Source of the DNA: Bigelowiella natans CCMP2755 | Taxonomy: Eukaryota; Protista; Cercozoa | Reading direction: 5' to 3' | Length of the DNA: 64,000 bases | Assembly (NCBI GenBank): GCA_000320545.1 | Contig: ADNK01000510.1 | Span: 62,001 to 126,000, forward strand | In this document: piece by piece, positions 61,432 to 64,000 of the stretch | Layout of the letters: each line of letters opens with the position of its first letter | Numbering within the stretch: the first letter of the stretch is position 1 | Translations under genes and position numbers: made by a program | Notes under the pieces: model-generated | Told to the model about the DNA's origin: nothing | The model's input: the letters and a program-made list of their open reading frames with translations, nothing else | The model's database searches: none

Positions 61432-63414
61432 ATGAGTCGTCCCCCACCGAAAAACGAATGCTAATGTGACTCTTGCTCTATTTCACAGTTCGTTCGAATT
61501 TGAACAAACGCGAGGCAGCACCAGCGGCTAGAATACAAACGTCTTTCAACTCCAAAGAATTGAGTTCAAGCCAAAACGTGCCATCGAAGGTGCATATTGT
61601 GTTGCAAATTTTTTCCCTGCTCGATTCTTTCATCTGAATGCTCTCTTGCAGAGAACTTCGAAATTGTCGAGCTCTACCAGACCAAGAGTGAAAGATTCTG
61701 CGAAGCATCGACGATTGAAAGGCAAACAAAAGGTCAAGGACTTAGCAGAGCTTTATGGAGGCAAGAAAACGAAAGTAAAGCTTAAAATGGGGAAAAAGGC
61801 TATCAAATCGGTACTATTTTCGCTTAGATATTGCCCTCCCCGGATAATACGGTAACCATGTTTTATTATCAGAGGCTAAAGAACAAATACAAAAATAAAG
61901 CCCGTCCAACCAATGAACCTGTCAGCCTAGCCTCAGCCCGTACCATAGTAAGTACTGTCTCCTCTCAATGCAATCAAGAATATCATTTAATGATGAAGAT
62001 ATTAACAATTGCTCTGACAACACGGACAGCCTAAAGTTGGACTCGCTCGGATGAATCTCCCTGTGAAACCTCGTCTTCCATTGGCTGCGAAAAATAAAAG
62101 GTTTAGAATCATGAACTCTATCGAAGCCACTTCCAATACCCGTCTCTTCCACTCACTATTCTGCAACGCTAGGATCCCAGCTAAATTTCGGTTCAAGGCG
62201 AAAGATGAGAATAAGTACGCTGTAGATAAGGTACATATTAAGCAGAATAAAAATGAAGAATGTTCCCTAGAGGCGATGGGGATAACAATTTCTTTTAGTT
62301 TTTTTCGACGCGGTGGTTGATTATGACCGATCTAATGTGCAGAGGATCCCTATCCAAGGTTGCAATATCGAATTGTTGGAGTCGGAGGATACATGGGTGA
62401 GCGTACCTTGAAATCCACCCACATCCTTTCCACACCAACAATGGTTTGACTCCAAACGTGGGTGCTTGTTGTTGTCCTCCTAGGTTGCAGGCACTGTCGC
62501 AAGCGTTGAGAAAATATCAGGTACGAGCAGGCAGCCACGTATTCCTATATTCTTTTGCAAAAAGTAACTAATGCGATGACCTGGTCGAAACCCTCATCAT
62601 AGGCACCAGGATGTACTGGCTTCACGTTCTGTATGCTGACGGTAGAGTAGAGCAAACGACCTTCCCAGGGCCTGATTCAAGATTGCCAGAAGGAGAAGGA
62701 ATCACACCAACTGAAGGAGGATTCGAGGGAGCAGACCAAAGACAAGTTGCGATACGGAAAGAAGGCGAAGTGCTACTTGATGAGGTGCGGGATGAAATTG
62801 AGCGGTTGGAAGCGGACATACATAAGAATAAGATATCGAAGATACATGAAAATGTCACCGCCGAACTGCAAGGAGAAATCGAAGCAGAAGATGGCGTGGT
62901 CAGTCAATTGGAAGCTGACGTCCAGAAACAAGTCGTTGATGAAAAGGATGCTGACGACGAGATTAAGGAGGAATCACCAGACAGAACACGAAGGCGAAAG
63001 AATAGCACCAATAACCCGTTCGTAGATGACGAGGATGGGCTCTTGGACGGTGAGAGGGAGGTCGGATTTGGAGATGTAACCCCAGAGTGGAAAGATGATG
63101 ATGATGATGAGAATGCTGGTGGCGATGCCAGTTATGAAGCTTCCCTGAAAGAAACGAAGGAGCAAGATTCAAAAACCCAAGTGGAGGTGCAGGTGCCATC
63201 CGAGACCCTGGATAGAATAGCTCAAATAAACATGGAGCTTGCCCAAGATGAGGAGGATGATGATGACAACGAAGCAGACTATGGGGAAGAGATGAGGAAT
63301 ATGAAACTGGAAGTAGAAGCCGCGAAGGTTGCTGCTGACACCCTAGACAGGATAGCTCAAATAAATAGGGAACTCACGATGGAAAATGACGATTCCCTTA
63401 ACGAAGATGGATGA
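61432..63414 (+). CDS. Hypothetical multi-exon protein with basic N-terminal exons and an acidic/coiled-coil last exon
   Basis: The 267-aa last exon (62611-63414) contains an internal repeat TLDRIAQIN(M/R)EL twice; upstream are short Lys-rich exons. The start is approximate. Confidence 0.5.
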
Positions 63415-63419
63415 TGAGA

Positions 63420-64000
63420 AATGCTGGCATTATCATACGCTGATAGTCTGCAAAGTGTCGACAGTGCAGCATCTGTAAAGTTTTAATGTCGGCGCAACAC
63501 GGTGCGAACGAACGCCCTTTATCCATTCAATGGTCTCAAACCTGGGGACGGAGAAAGCAAGTTCATTTGAGGGACTATATCCATATGTACATGTTCGAAA
63601 CAAAAATCATCGTCACTGTACACACTGCATCGTTTTGCTTGTATACTATATAAAATAAGACTAGCCTAGCCGCTCGGCATGTTAAATATGATAATATATG
63701 ATAATATATGCATTGGGTACATATATCTAGATAAGTACCGCTAGCATCATTCTTGTCTACGAATACTGCATGTAAGTAAGTAGAAGATTTGTCCGGTATG
63801 ACCTACAATGTAATGTATATAGCACGTGTAACCAGTTAGGACTACGCTTATCATTAGGCACATCATGCAGCGGGCAATAGGCTATGCCGATCGATGGTGA
63901 TACGTTTAGATAGACACTCGCAAAGCGGCTGCATACCCTACGGAGATATTTGCTGCGATGGGATACTGTGCTCGTTTAAATCGTATTTGAGATATTAAAA
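63420..64000. other. Altered intergenic tract 6 (downstream of a + gene; truncated by the window end)
   Basis: CTAG, GCTAGC, CATG and TGCA enrichment starts shortly after the stop at 63414. Confidence 0.5.

Overview
This is a eukaryotic, intron-rich nuclear window from a protist. The microsatellite-laden introns and a bipartite-presequence protein would fit a chlorarachniophyte or other rhizarian, but that is inference only. About 12 spliced genes lie in strictly alternating head-to-head / tail-to-tail order: GEMIN6(-), CAMK/CDPK-type kinase(+), secreted Cys-rich protein(-), unknown(+), PHD/Zn-finger multidomain protein(-), UPF2(+), acylated EF-hand-like protein(-), AhpD-like(+), giant WWE-Roc-COR-TM protein(-), PYROXD1(+), JmjC-ankyrin(-), acidic unknown(+). 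The main result is a decayed LINE (APE+RT) between UPF2 and the next gene that has lost essentially all TpA dinucleotides. By manual scan, 26191-29391 (~3.2 kb) holds only 7 TpA, all inside CTAG, and conserved Tyr/Val/Leu codons read as His/Cys/Ala/Pro. This points to a TpA-targeted A:T->G:C hypermutation of repeats, opposite in direction to fungal RIP, with a defined refractory context. Similarly altered DNA (rich in CATG/TGCA/CTAG/GCGC) fills all five complete convergent intergenic gaps and the tract after the last gene, but no divergent gap or gene body. Exon boundaries were read by eye and are approximate.
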